A DNA stretch of 64,000 nt from Nymphaea colorata (lineage: Eukaryota): contig NC_045138.2 of NCBI RefSeq assembly GCF_008831285.2, positions 2,728,001-2,792,000 of the forward strand, given 5' to 3'. The stretch's first letter is position 1. The number at the start of each line of letters is the position of its first letter. A program made the translations under genes and the position numbers. Shown one piece after another: positions 1-19,559 of this stretch. A model generated the notes under the pieces. The model was not told where the DNA came from. It saw nothing but the letters and a program-made list of their open reading frames with translations, and did no database searches.

Positions 1-752
1 TAATAAAAACAGTAAAAAACTTGCATAGCAACCAAAAATCACGACCAGGCAAAAGCAATTGTAAGTTAAATAAACAGAAAAAAATGATTATGACTCTTCT
101 ATTCTCTTTTCTGAAATCTGTTCTTTACTTGTGATTATTGCCATTAGGTATGCTGTGTAACTAAATGGCTGGATGAAACTGATGTCTGTGATTATCCGGC
201 TAGTGCATTCCCAACCTGTGATTAGCAACTAAATTGTGGGGATTTGCTACGAATTGTACTGAGCTCCCATCATGAAAGAACCTTTCCCATTTTCATCCGT
301 ATCACAACCTACAGCTCTTTTCATCCAATTGACTTGTACAGCCACAACACCTTTTTGATGAGTGAGGATCATGGCAGAGCTACTCTTGACAGAGTGACAA
401 TTTCAGTGACAGTAAACAGTCTGCTTTCCATTTTGAACTATGGGGCTCGACCCAAGTCTGGCATGGGCATTGGACTTGTGAGAGTCTTGAATGGAGCTCC
501 GCTACTGATTCTTACAATGATGGCCCACAATTATTTCATAATGTATTAGAATTTTGAAGGGTCTAAGATTTTTTGGATGAGTAATGAATGACAGTCCAAC
601 AAATGAAACACACTTGTTGCCTCCACCTTACATTTCCACATATTGTCTTTCCTATTGTTAGGTTTTAGTTTGTAATATTTTCTTAGTTTTTTTTTTTTTG
701 TACAACATATCATGGCCTTTGAGACATTATAACAGCCATTTGCTTTCTTCAG

Positions 753-2153
753 ATGGCGTTGGATGTTGCGGGTGTGGTCGATGTCATCAAGATTTGTGTC
801 ATGAGCATTTGTCTTGCAGCATTCGTCTATTGCGGGGTCCTAGTGATTCGCCTTCGCCTTCATTGCAGCTTACAATCTTCACAACAATTAACGTACTTCA
901 ATGGTCCATCTGCCCTTCGTGATGCTATCCTAGTGCGTTGCATTTGGTGGGGAATGAGTGAAATTTTGAGTACCAATATAACTGGACTGAAGTTGAAAAT
1001 GTTTCTTTCATGGGATCCAGAGCTGCAGTTGAATGCTTGCAGCTTTTATATAGTTTCGACCTTTGGACTCGCAGAGCCCAGCTTCTTCTTGGCGGTCCTG
1101 TTAATGCTTTGGGGTTCTTTACCAAATGCAGGACATATGGTGATGAGCAACACCAAAGCCATCACAAAAGTGATATTGTTCACGCTACCGACATTCTTGA
1201 TGCAAATATCACTTATCATACTTGGAGAGGTTGTACATGATCAACCTATGAGTGATGTACATAATCTACTTGGATACATAATGAAAGCCTACTACGCTCG
1301 AGTTCTATGGGTTGACCCTCACCACAAGCACATTGTATTGACATGCATATACCCTTTCATGAACTGTTTCTTTCATGGGCTATTTGCATTGGTATTCAAT
1401 ACCATTCTTTTGCGGACTAGGAGAAGACTGGCCTTGGTTACTGACAGAAGACTCAACTGGCAGATTCAGTCGCTGATTTTTGTGGTAGCAACATTGTTCT
1501 CTATTAGAATCATCACTCTGTGTTCACTTGTCTGGCTAATTCCGAAGAGCCTGGAATATGTGTTAGTTGAGTTCTTGGCATTCTTGGCGATGTTAGCCTG
1601 CCTGATAGTTGTGGTCATCATTCTTGTTTATCTTCCCGTAGCAGAATCACTTGCAATGGTATATGGAATCACCTCAACTTCAGTTGAACTAAGTAGAACT
1701 GCTACAAGATCTGATCAAAGTGGTGGCAATGACTCGACGACTTCAGAGCTTGTTTATACAGAGTCTGTGTCTGATGAGAGCCAGGAACTCCAAAGTGGTG
1801 GCAATGATACTACCACTTCAGAGTTTGTGCCTGTAGAGCCCGTATTTGATGATATCCAGGAGTTCCGAAGTGGTGGCAATGACCCGACCACTTCAGAGTC
1901 AATGTTTGATGAGATTCACGAGCTCCAAAGTGGTGGTGATGACCCGACCACTACAGAGTTTGTGCATGTAGAGCATGTGTTTGATGAGGGTCAGGAGCTC
2001 CAAAGTGGTGACAATGACTCGACTACTTCAGAGTTTGTTTTCGTAGAGTCTGTATTTGATGAGAGCCAGGAGCTCGAAAGTGGTAGCAATGACTCATCCA
2101 CTTCAGAGTTTGTGTCTGTAGAGTCTATATCTGATGATAGTCGCGAGCTCTAG
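753..2153 (+). CDS. Intronless multi-pass (about 7 TM) membrane protein of unknown function, 466 aa, with C-terminal acidic Ser/Thr-rich 25-aa repeats
   Basis: Uninterrupted 466-codon ORF with about seven hydrophobic segments. Motifs YFNGP, WWG..EI, C.FYIVS..G.AEP.FFL and CIYP recall a conserved uncharacterised plant membrane-protein family (from memory). A pyrimidine-rich acceptor (ttgctttcttcag) directly precedes the ATG, so an upstream exon is possible. Confidence 0.8.
   Translation: MALDVAGVVDVIKICVMSICLAAFVYCGVLVIRLRLHCSLQSSQQLTYFNGPSALRDAILVRCIWWGMSEILSTNITGLKLKMFLSWDPELQLNACSFYIVSTFGLAEPSFFLAVLLMLWGSLPNAGHMVMSNTKAITKVILFTLPTFLMQISLIILGEVVHDQPMSDVHNLLGYIMKAYYARVLWVDPHHKHIVLTCIYPFMNCFFHGLFALVFNTILLRTRRRLALVTDRRLNWQIQSLIFVVATLFSIRIITLCSLVWLIPKSLEYVLVEFLAFLAMLACLIVVVIILVYLPVAESLAMVYGITSTSVELSRTATRSDQSGGNDSTTSELVYTESVSDESQELQSGGNDTTTSEFVPVEPVFDDIQEFRSGGNDPTTSESMFDEIHELQSGGDDPTTTEFVHVEHVFDEGQELQSGDNDSTTSEFVFVESVFDESQELESGSNDSSTSEFVSVESISDDSREL
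1716..2150 (+). repeat. Coding minisatellite: six 75-bp (25-aa) units, consensus about QSGGNDxTTSEFVxVESVFDESQEL
   Basis: Units start at 1716, 1791, 1866, 1926, 2001 and 2076. The third unit is 60 bp (in-frame 15-bp deletion). The stop TAG sits where the next unit's first codon would be. Confidence 0.95.
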
Positions 2154-3002
2154 GACTTTGTTTGTTGCTAAATGCTTATGTACAATTTTATAGCTATGTA
2201 GTCTTTAAACATTTGAAAAAATTGCTTATAAAAAAAGAAAACTATGCTTCATACGTTGTTTCAGTTGTTGTTTTGGAATTGGACTTGATTGTTGGTGAAA
2301 TGCATTTAATTGTTCTTCTATGTAACCAATAATAAAAGTAGATACAGCTTCTTGAACCATCTCTTGGTAATTAACAGCCTTTAATGTGGTAAATTACTGC
2401 AAAGAAGCTTTCTTATGGGTGTTTCCTCTTGAAATAGGAGGTATGATTTTACAATGCGGGGTTTCAAGTCCCATGTAGATTTGGTTCTAGGTTAAGGAAA
2501 TGGGCTGGATTGGTACATATGTTTGGACTTGGCACCTACCTTGTAACAAACAGTTTCATGTTTGGCAAGGAGTCGGTAGTTGTAGACGAGCTCGTGTCGT
2601 TTCAAACCTATCTAGGCACATGAAAGACCAATTCGTCCCATTTTTTGTATCGGTTCAATTGGGTTCTAAACTTCATCCTTTCCAGTGAAGGACCGGTTCA
2701 TGATTTTTTTCCAATTGGTTCATCAAAATTGACTGGTTGAAACATCTATGACCGATTATGGATTTATCAACCCCGTTCAGCTAATAAGTGGGCGTCTCTA
2801 AAAAAAGCTTCAAACTGGTTTCATGTTTCATCTAGATCATTTCATAAGCTTTGACTGACTTAGCTTTAACAATTGTAAATCACCTTTCAATATTCGTCTT
2901 GGTTGTGTCTAAAAATGTGATTTTTATTGCTTTAGGCATAAAGCATAAAGAACACACCCAAGTAAACAGTTTAGAACAAATGTAAAACTATGTGAGTGAG
3001 TG

Positions 3003-3116
<114 letters not shown>

Positions 3117-3352
3117 CCATTTTAATAAAAGAGCTTTTAGAGAGAGAGAGTAGGAACAAAAATTGCTTAAACACCTTTCAATATCAACAAATAATATCCT
3201 GCAAGTAAGTTTAGTACTGAGGATGTGACTACAATACTCCACTCGAGAAATTCGACATTAAAATGCAAAAACTCAGCATCTCACAAGAAGTAAGATGGAC
3301 AACAAACGGCCCCATGGGGTGAAAGAAAGACCACCAAACCTAAGAAAAGGCA

Positions 3353-3388
<36 letters not shown>

Positions 3389-3403
3389 TAGGGTCCCAGT
3401 TCT

Positions 3404-9329
<5,926 letters not shown>

Positions 9330-9928
9330 GGCTCCGGAACAAAAGCGTGCCGTGAAGGAGAAGAACCAAGGCGAGGAGATTGAATTAAGAAAAGCAAGGT
9401 ACAGGCAGCTGTGGCGCGGGAAAAGGAAACTACTCACGGTTGCGGGTTGACTAATTTGGGAGGATTGACTAATTTGGATGAAAATCCGAGCTGGTTTTAT
9501 CATCAATCCAAATTTAACCAAGAAAGTTTAATCTCTTGTCCTAATGGCGGATGCTGATCTCCACAATCGCATTTATACCGCCTTCAATTAACAATCCACA
9601 GACAGCAAGGTCAAGTTTGTCAATGACATCGGCCGTCTGTTATTCAGCCGAATAATTAATATCAAACAGCCATAAATAATATCGCTGACCTGTTCATCCT
9701 ATCGTTCTAAGTGGGTCGAGTCATGCCAATGTAATCCGAATCATCTGAATATATATATATATAGGGAGAGAGAGAGAGAAAGAGAGAACGAGCTACTATA
9801 CCCTCATATACCGTATTTGATGGGCATTGTAAGCCATTGATTTTAAAGAAATCTAATGGTGGAAATTTCAAGAGGACTCAAAAATGCCTTTATTGGCGGA
9901 AACAAGTAAGTTTCCTTAACTGAACGTT

Positions 9929-9967
<39 letters not shown>

Positions 9968-12900
9968 CATAACGGATATGGTGTAGGCCATTAATCTTCC
10001 CGCTTATTCTTATGTGACTTTAAATTTAACTATATAAAATTATAAGGGAATTTAATTTGTGTCTGGTAGAATGCAGGATTTCGAAAGGGTGCAAAAATCG
10101 AAAGGCTATGTTTTATGTGGACTACCATCGTGTACATGTTACACAACACTAAGTAGAGTCCCACGGGATTTGAAGCACATTTACATGGTTCCATGAAAAA
10201 AATACGAATCACATTTCACACTAGTTTCTCTCGTTTCCATGATTTGATCTTCAAGGACAGGAAATAAATCCACTAACTTTTATTCTCAACGCCATCAATT
10301 CGTGTACACGATGTTGCATGTAACTGGCTCATCGATATTACAAACTTGTACGTCCAGGAATACGATTTTCTATGAATTTCAAGGTTCGGCACAGTTGCAA
10401 ACATCAAGAATCTTAGGTTTGTTGGGTTTACACGGTGTAAGCAACCTTGTATATATTTAAGGAATACTCTTCAATGACTAGTTAGACTCATATATGGTAA
10501 TTTTACATAAATTTTAGGGTTTTTCAAACTTTGCCATTGTTTGTGTAAGTGATTGTTTATATCGAATATACCGAATGGCTAAAACTGTCAACAAGAGTTG
10601 CCCATATTAATGCCGCTGTTGGTTCATAAAGTGTGAACTTGTGAGTCATTAATTTTTTTCTATTGTCAAATTATTAGTTATCATTCACATTTTTAAGGAA
10701 ATAACTTTAAACCGGACGCTTTGTAAACTATGAATCAATTTGATCAGATGGCTTGTAATCAGTTCATATAATTTTCATCTTGCGTAAATTCAATATCTGC
10801 CTATATGTGCGTGCGCAAATGACATACCAAACGGCATGGTTGATGGTTTCTAGTGATATCTCAAGTTAAGAAAACAAAGATACTGGTGCAGTCATACCAA
10901 ATTAAACAGGATATAACATTGAAAACAAGGTAAATTTTCATCCTTTATGTTTCTCAATTTTCTTCTATTTTACTTCTACACCATCTGCACAGATCAACCT
11001 GGACCCACAAAATCTTGACCATAAACCACAGGTTTTTCTAAAATAATAATAAAAAAATGTATTTTAAGGGGCCCTTTTCTGCCATATTCTCAAAGCACGT
11101 GTCGATATAAAGGTAATAGGGATGCCATCGGATTCTAATTGAATATAATCTTAACTGTATCCGCTTTCTCGAATATTTACATATTCATATTAGGGATGCC
11201 AAATGGATTGGATTCCAATCGAATGTTTGTATACACTTTTTTCGGAAATTACATATTTTGTAATAGGAAGTGCTATCAAAGTTGGTCAATTCAAGTTGGA
11301 TCGGTGGCACCGATTCAAATTGGTTGTTGATTCAACAGCGACACGTACCATCTTTAACTATTTATATAATTTTCCCATTTCAATTAATGCTTCTATGTTT
11401 CCTCTTTTTTTCAAAAACGGGTTCCTAAATAATTTTGGCAATTTCATTCCAAACACGATTCTGATAACATTGGTAATAGGTGTTCTTTGTAAATGTGCAT
11501 GCGGATCTGTTGTGGCTGGACGTTGCTGCAGGAGGATTGAATCTAAAATTACCATCGAGATCCAGACCCAGCCTGACCTGGGCAAATGGGTCTTCTCGTT
11601 TCAGATCCAATTCAATCTACAGGATCCAATACAAACTTTTGCTGATCATATATCACCAGGCTAAATGATTTGTTTCTTTCCTTCACTTTCCAGAAAAATT
11701 TGAAACTTACAAAATTTAGAGAAAAATAAGAGGAAAAATGAAAGAAATAAGAAGTCAAAATCGCATTGTAACTAATATTTTTTTCCTTATCCTTTCGGAA
11801 AAGACAGCAATATTTGTTATTACAAATCTAATTCTTCAACGAAATATCGCACCCGTAATTCCCTGGTATGCATTCGATGTAACATGAAATTTCAGATAGC
11901 TTTTAGAATGCTGAAGATCTGGATCCCGATCCAGTTAAGGTGTCTAGGTTGTCCATGAATTTATCTCAGCCCCTGTGTATGTGTAGAACGACGCGATCAG
12001 GCAGCCTTATATTTTTGTGAAAATTATGCCATTAATTGGTGGGGAGCAGTAGAATTGGCGTGACCAAAGAATTGTGCTGCTATGGAACAAGGTATGTAAA
12101 ATGAAACTGCTAGAGAAGTTTCCCTTCATTTTCACTGTTTAGCAGAAGGGCCAACCTGCGTCCTTGATTTTCAAGAAATTCCTTCCTAACTATGAATATG
12201 ATGGCAAACATGGAGTTCGATGGCTCGAATGACTTATTTTGTGTTGGCTGAGCCGGAAATTTCATGCTGGGTGAAGCTAATAATTTAAATTTTAGACCTT
12301 TGAAAGACGCCTATATGCCAATTATCAAAAAATAGCCAGCGAGGAGGCATCAACTTACAAAACCTACCTCCGCCACAGTGCGCCACTACGTCCAGATTAG
12401 ATTATACAGTAAGATGAATGAAGTGACAAAAATAGATGTTTGGACCTGGCACCTACCTTATGACGGACAGTTTCATGTTTGCCAAGGAGTCCGCAGTTGT
12501 AGACGAGCTCGTATTCTTTCAAACCTATGTAGGCACATACAAGACTAATTTGTCCTACTTTTTGTATCGGTTCAATTGGGCTCTAAAGCTATCTCCTTTT
12601 TTGTACCAGTTCATGACTTTTTTCCGTTGGTTCACCTAAATTGACTGGTTGAAAGTAGTTAAGACTGAGTTATGAATTTCGCAACCCGTTTGGCTAATAA
12701 GATGGTGTCTCCAAAAAAAAAATGCTTAAAACAGGTTCCATGTTCCATCTAGATCATTTCATAAGGTATAAAGTCATTTTAATAAAAGGGCTTAGAGAGG
12801 GAGAGAGATAGGAAGTGTGTGTGTGTGTAGGGACAAAAAAGTGATTCTTAGCTTTAACATATACAACACGTTTCAATATCATCAAAATAACATCATTAGG

Positions 12901-13477
12901 CTCCAATGGAGAAGTTCAACATTAAAATGCAAAACTTAGCGTCAGCATCAACAAGTAAGATGGACAACAAGCCGCCCCATTATAAGCATGGGGTGAAAGA
13001 AACCACCAAACCCAAGAAAAGGTGACCGAAATCACTACGGAAGCCCAAAGGTGCCTGCTTGTGGGAAAAAACAAAGAGTCATAGGGTCCAAAGCAGAGTA
13101 CGGGTGGGTATAGGTAACATGTTTCAAAAGAATCCCTTACACGCTTTACCAGGTTTGGATAATCAGTTAATGAGTTTCATATGACCAACTCTCATGCATC
13201 TTATAACTAGAACTGCTGACAGCCTTGAAAAACAGATATGAAACTAAACATGCGTGTAAAAGGAAAACGTAGCTTCTCATTAGTTGGTTTTGACCAGGAT
13301 GACTACCTATTAATATTTCATTTCTCTACTAAGTTAACTATCCTTGGGTAGATGATTCAATGTGATATAATTCACTATGGTCACCAAGGGATAGCTTGGT
13401 CACTTACTATTGGGCTATGGTTACTGGGCTAAGGCAGCTGTGAAGCCCTCCTGCTACGACTAGTACAACCTCTGCTT

Positions 13478-13820
13478 TCGGCCTGGGCGTCGGGCTGGCC
13501 CGATCGGGCCCGGGCCGCGAAATTCCTGGCCCGGCCCGATAGGTGGGCCCGGCGGCGGCCCGGCCCGGCTAGGCCTGTTTAGATTAAAAATTTATTTTTT
13601 TTAATTTTTTGTTTTAAAAATATATATTTATTATTAATAAATATATTTTATGTTTCAAAAATATTTCATAATTAAAAAAATATTTTTTAACTTTAAATGG
13701 GTCAGGCCGAACCGGGCCTGGGCTATCGGGTCGGGCCGGGCCGGGCCCGGGCTATCGGGTCGGGCCAGACTCACCGGCCCGACGGGCCGGGGTTTACAGG
13801 GCCGGCCGGGTCCTGCCCGA
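13478..13820. mobile_element. GC-rich (GGCCCG-repeat) hAT-type MITE, disrupted by an inversion
   Basis: Begins TCGGCCTGGGC, with GGCCCG/CGGGCC subterminal arrays flanking an AT-rich core. Absent from paralogous unit B. The 8-mer aagcagag occurs at 13091-13098 and inverted (ctctgctt) at 13470-13477. Confidence 0.8.
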
Positions 13821-15233
13821 AACGTAACAGGTTATGTATCATATGAGAGTTGATTTATGTATCATATGAGAGTTGATCTATTATGAAAATTTAAGTTTGC
13901 GTATAACGTAAAAAAAAAATATGCAATTTTTGAAATTTAGTCAAGGTGCAGTCCAGTTCAAATCTTTCATTAATTAATGTTTTTTAAAAAAGAAAACATT
14001 AATTGTATATATTTATATATATATAGAACCGAGGAGATTGTATTTAACAAAAGCGAGGTACAAGCAGCTGCCAAAAACGTGGCTCGAGAAAAAGGAATCT
14101 ACAGACTGTTGCTGGTTTCTAAATTGCAACAACTAATTTGAATCAAAATCCGAGCTGGTTTTATCATCATTCCAAATTTAGCCAAGAAATTTAATCTCTT
14201 ACCCTAGTGGCGGATGCTGATCTCCACAATCGCATTTATACGGTCTTCAATTAACAATCAACAAACGGCAAGGTCAAGTTTGCCAATGACGTCAGCCGTC
14301 CGATATCCAGCCGAATAATTAATATCAAACAGCCACTATATCGCCGACCTGTTGATCATATCGTTCTAAGTGGGTCCAGTCATGCCAATGTAATCCGAAT
14401 CATCTGAACACACATATATATATATATAGGGGTCGCTACTATACCATATTTGATGGGCATTGTAAGCCATTGATTTTAAAGAAATCTAATGGTGGAAATA
14501 TGCCTTTAATGGAGGAAACGAATAAGTTTCCTTGATCGAAAGTTTTTTCCTTCTCCTTTGAATGCTATTTAAATAAGTTTCCTATTATATATAATCTTAT
14601 TTTTATGTGACTTTAAATTTAACCATATAAAATTATAAATGAATTTAATTTGTGTCTCGTACAATGCAGGATTTCGTAAGGGTGCAAAAATCAACATCCT
14701 TAGGCCTGTTGAGTTTACACATGGAAAACAAGTTTTATATGGACTACCATCGCGTACATGTTACACAACACTAAGTAGAGTCCCACGAGATTTGAAGCAC
14801 ATTTACATAGTTCCATGAAAAAATTATGTTCACATTCACACTAGTTCTCTCGTTTCCATGCATTGATCTTCAAGGACTAGCAATAAATCCACTAACTTTT
14901 AATCTCAGCGGATCAATTCATGTACACGATATTGCATGTAACTGGCTTTTTGCAACAAATTGCAAACTCATCGATCTTACAAGCTTGTATGTCCAGGAAT
15001 AGGATTTTCTATGAATTTCAAGATTCCACAAAGTTGCAAAGATCAAGAGTCTCAGGTTTGTTGAGTTTACACGGTGTAAGCAACCTTTTATATATTTAAG
15101 GAATATAGTAATTTCATATGACTAATTAGACTAAGGTTTCTTCCATGACTAATTAGACTCGTATATAGTAATTTCAGATAAATTTTGGGGTTTTATAAAG
15201 TAGCCATTGTTTGTGCAGGTGATTGTTTATATC

Positions 15234-17040
15234 TAGGGATGTCAACGGACCGGATTCGGATCGGATATCCAATCCGAATTGCTTTAAAAAAATTGGATAT
15301 GGTAACCAATTTGACATCCAATTGAGAAATCGGATCGGATTCGGATTTAAAAAATAACATCCGATCAGATACGGATTCGGATTCAGTTTTAAGTAAATAT
15401 CTGATTGGATACTAAAGGTATATCGAAATCCAAACTATAACCTGATATCTGAATCCGAATCGTGAGAGCTGATATCTGAATCCGAACCGTGAGAGCTGAT
15501 ATCTGAATCATGTAGCTTAATATCTGAATCCGAACCGTGTGAGCTGATATCCGAATCTTGTAGCTGAAGTTGCAACCTATGACAATGGTATGATCTTTTG
15601 GGCAAAAGGTATAGCCAAACGCACTAACTTAACATCATGGCAGAAAAGGAATATAAATATTATATATATTATAATATGAGTAAGAGTTGACTTTCATGGA
15701 CTTGCATATAATAATATTTTTATGAAAATCATATACATCATTTAACTTAAAATATTTAAAACTATATCATATAAAATTAATTAATTAATTAATTAACAAT
15801 ATGTTTAATTAATTTTGTTTGTAATCAAGCAAACTATTATAGTTAAGGCATTAACAAAGCACTATATCTTAAATAATATATTTATTTAATTGAAATAATA
15901 AAGAAAACTTCAACCAAGAAATTCAACAAAATGGGAATTTTTAAAAATATGAAAAAGACACTTTTAAAGCTACAAATTTATTAATGAACCGTTATGTCGA
16001 ATTGGTTACAAGAATAACTATATTATATATTTTAAAAAATAGCAGGTTTAAAAAATATATTGGCATGTACATCACGTATGAAAAAAAAAGTTGATAGCAA
16101 AAATATATTTTTTAAAAAATCCAACTTAAAAAAAATATGTTTTATAATAAATAAAGTTCTTCAACGCATTATGTTATTCATTTTAAGTTGAAACTGTCTT
16201 CATTGTGCATAATCTCAATATTAAAAAACTGCTAAACTTATAAAAAAGTTTTATTTACAAAATTATCAATTTACTCATTTAATCAATCAAGTAAATTACT
16301 TTGTATAATCATACAATTTATTGAAAAGTCTTAGGTATTTGATATATAACACATAATTCACAAACTTAAAAACAAAAGTCTCTACCTAATAGGAAAACAA
16401 CAAATTGTAAGATTTAATAAACTATTTTATATATCATTGGAGTAGTTATACAATTTTATATATAAAAAAAACTATTGTAATAAAGGTAAGAGAACTAATA
16501 AATTATTTGATATATCATTGAACACTCCTTCAGTTAACTCAATGAAATGAAAAAAACACTAAATAATGTTTTTTTTTAAATAAGAAATAATATGGGTCCA
16601 ATGATTTAATAATTCTTAATAAGAGATCATTACGAAATAATAGTTTATTCAATTAAAATATGTTATTATTTAAAAATAGACCAATCAATGTTCAATATGC
16701 ACAGTTAATGTGAAAGAAAGTAAGAAAGTCGAACATACTAGTTGTTCAATAGACCAATCAAACAATATACTATTTGTTTTAGACAAGTATTTAACAAAAG
16801 AGAATTTATCGAAAAATATATGTATAAATAATTTAAAACGTCCTTAAACAACTTGAAGACATAAAAGTCAAATATGATAAATTATGAGCATGAAGAACTT
16901 ATTGAGAAAATTGATAAGGTAACGGTTAAAACATCTTAACCAACCATGTGAAAATTAAGTAATAAATATTTACTCATAAAAAGAAAACATGAAGATATAA
17001 AAGTTAAAAATATAAAGTAAAAAAAACTCGACTTGTTGAA

Positions 17041-17116
<76 letters not shown>

Positions 17117-17154
17117 ATTTGTAGTCAAATCCAATAAAAAAAGCTCGACTTATT

Positions 17155-17219
<65 letters not shown>

Positions 17220-18623
17220 TTATTTATTTATTTTTTCGTATATATTTGAAATGAGCCCAAGAACACCTAATTTTAAATATATTTTTATTATAAAAAAATA
17301 AAATTTGAAAAATATTAACAAGCATATATTTAAAAAATAAAAAATAAAAATACACTCGAACCTGCTAAAACTCGACTAGCTCAAAAATGGGTAGCGACTT
17401 TTACCGACTCTTTTTTTTAATTAAGATAACGGGTTCCCAAACCCTTTGTCAAAGTTCAACTTTACCCTTTTCAGTTTTCTTCGTTTCTAAAGTTTTTGCC
17501 CCCAAATGTAACCCTCACTCTTAAGGTCGTTACTTAGCAGCCGGCACCTCCCCTTCAAATGTAACCCCCAACTCTCCATCGGATTCTTCTCTATTTTTTT
17601 GTCCAGACTTGAAGTTGAGTTCCCAAACTTTCCCCTTTCTTAATTTCAAAATGGGTATTATTTCTATCTCTTGTTTGTTGTTTTTCTTTTCTCAAATTTG
17701 ATGGTTAAGAAACTAGAGTGCCATGTCGTGCATGAGTTGTTTGCAAAGTTAACGGAAAGGTGATCTCTTTCCATTTTCTGAACAAAATCTTGCTGGTCTA
17801 CTTTTTTGTCGATATTTTATACGCGTTGAATCGGAAAGGTTAACCAATTCGCAGAATTGATTTTAAGCCTTTATACATATCTACTGTAGTGTTTGGCTGC
17901 AAGAAATTCCTGGTCTTTCCTTTTCTCTGAGCTAATTTTAGCTCAATCTGCAAGAACCAATAGAGAGATGGGCCTAGAAACGTGCGAACAAGCTGTGTTT
18001 TTGGGGAAACAGGAACGAAAACGTGCGAGAATCTAAGGTGTATGTTTTCATTTTAAAAATGTGAAGTTTCAAAGCTACCAATCTGTTGTCCCCTTTCTCT
18101 TTCTTAACCTATAATTTTCATTTTAGTGTTTGCAGAGCACAAAAGCAGAACACCAAGTTAATGGCCATTTCTTCGATTTCAATCTTTCATAGCTCGAGTC
18201 TTTTAGGAGAGGCAGAATAATAAAAATGCCATTAGCTAGCATAAGAGAAAGCTTTGTTTACAGATTCTTCCTTTGATCTGCATATACCAACTAATGCCCC
18301 TCAATCTAGCTTCCTAAGCACATGGTTTGAAATTGGATTTTGCAGAAAGCATAGCAAGTTGGTGACTATAGGTTGCAGGCCTAAAGCAACAGCACATGTG
18401 CCAACAAGAAATTGAAAATTTGGATTCGGATCCGATCCAAAATAACTTAAAAATCGGATACGGATCGGATTCAGTTATAGATTTTAAAATCAGATTAGGA
18501 TATGATATAAACCTTTTTTCATCTGAATCTGAATTTATATCTGATTCGGAATATATGAATATCCAAAAAATCAGATATGGTAAAAGATATATCTGATCCG
18601 GATACAATCCGTTGACATCCCTA
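15234..18623. mobile_element. 3.39-kb non-autonomous hAT-type DNA transposon
   Basis: Perfect 16-bp TIRs TAGGGATGTCAACGGA / TCCGTTGACATCCCTA. 8-bp TSD tttatatc (15226-15233) / tttatatt (18624-18631). ATCCGA/TCGGAT subterminal repeats. Empty sites in paralogous copies near 10556 and 28707. No transposase ORF. Confidence 0.93.
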
Positions 18624-19468
18624 TTTATATTACCGAATGACTAAAACTGTCAACAAGAGTTGTCCATATTAGTGCCGCTGTTGGTTCATAAAGTGTGAAC
18701 TTGTGAGTCATTAATTTTTTTCTATTGTCAAATTATTAGTTATCATTCACATTTTTAAGGAAATAACTTTAAACCGGACGCCTTGTAAACTATGAATCAA
18801 TTTGATCAGATGGCTTGTAATCAGTTCATATAATTTTCATCTTGCATAAATTCAATATCTGCCTATATGTGCATGCGCAAATGACAAACCAAACGGCATG
18901 GTTGATGGTTTCTAGTGATATCTCAAGTTAAGAAAACAAAGAAACTGGTGCAGTCATACCAAATTAAACAGGATATAACATTGAAAACAAGATAAATTTT
19001 CATCCTTTATGTTTCTCAATTTTCTTCTATTTTACTTCTACACCAACAGGACCCCGGGGACTGAAAGAGGCAACACCTTGGTGCTCTCACCAAATAAAGT
19101 CTCTTTTACCAATTTGCACTTCGTTTGTTCATCTTTTATATATATATATATATATATACGATTTTACGGGAAAAGCAAAACCAGTTTGTTAGTCATTCCA
19201 ACCTAACAGCAATTTTACCGTTGGAAATCTTCAGAACAAAACCAGTTTCTACAGCCAATTGTTAATGTATGCTCGCGATCTAGTCTTCTATAGCTATGAA
19301 TGAGAAATTTATGCTCAACTCTTATATGTCTACCTTAATGTAAGCAGCTAATTGTACCTATGGAGAAGGAGTCCTTTGTTGAGAAGTACCACTCAATAAA
19401 TCAAGCAGATGCCACTGGCGCTAATACCCCACCGCGGCAAGGGGTTATGAAGATCATATACTTCCATT

Positions 19469-19559
<91 letters not shown>

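Noticed and set aside
244..549. 101-aa ORF upstream of the membrane-protein gene
   Set aside because: Non-ATG start in the track, no recognisable motif and no splice support.
11203..11664. 153-aa ORF
   Set aside because: No recognisable domain. It overlaps degenerate TAGGGATG-type transposon-end remnants at ~11116-11340.
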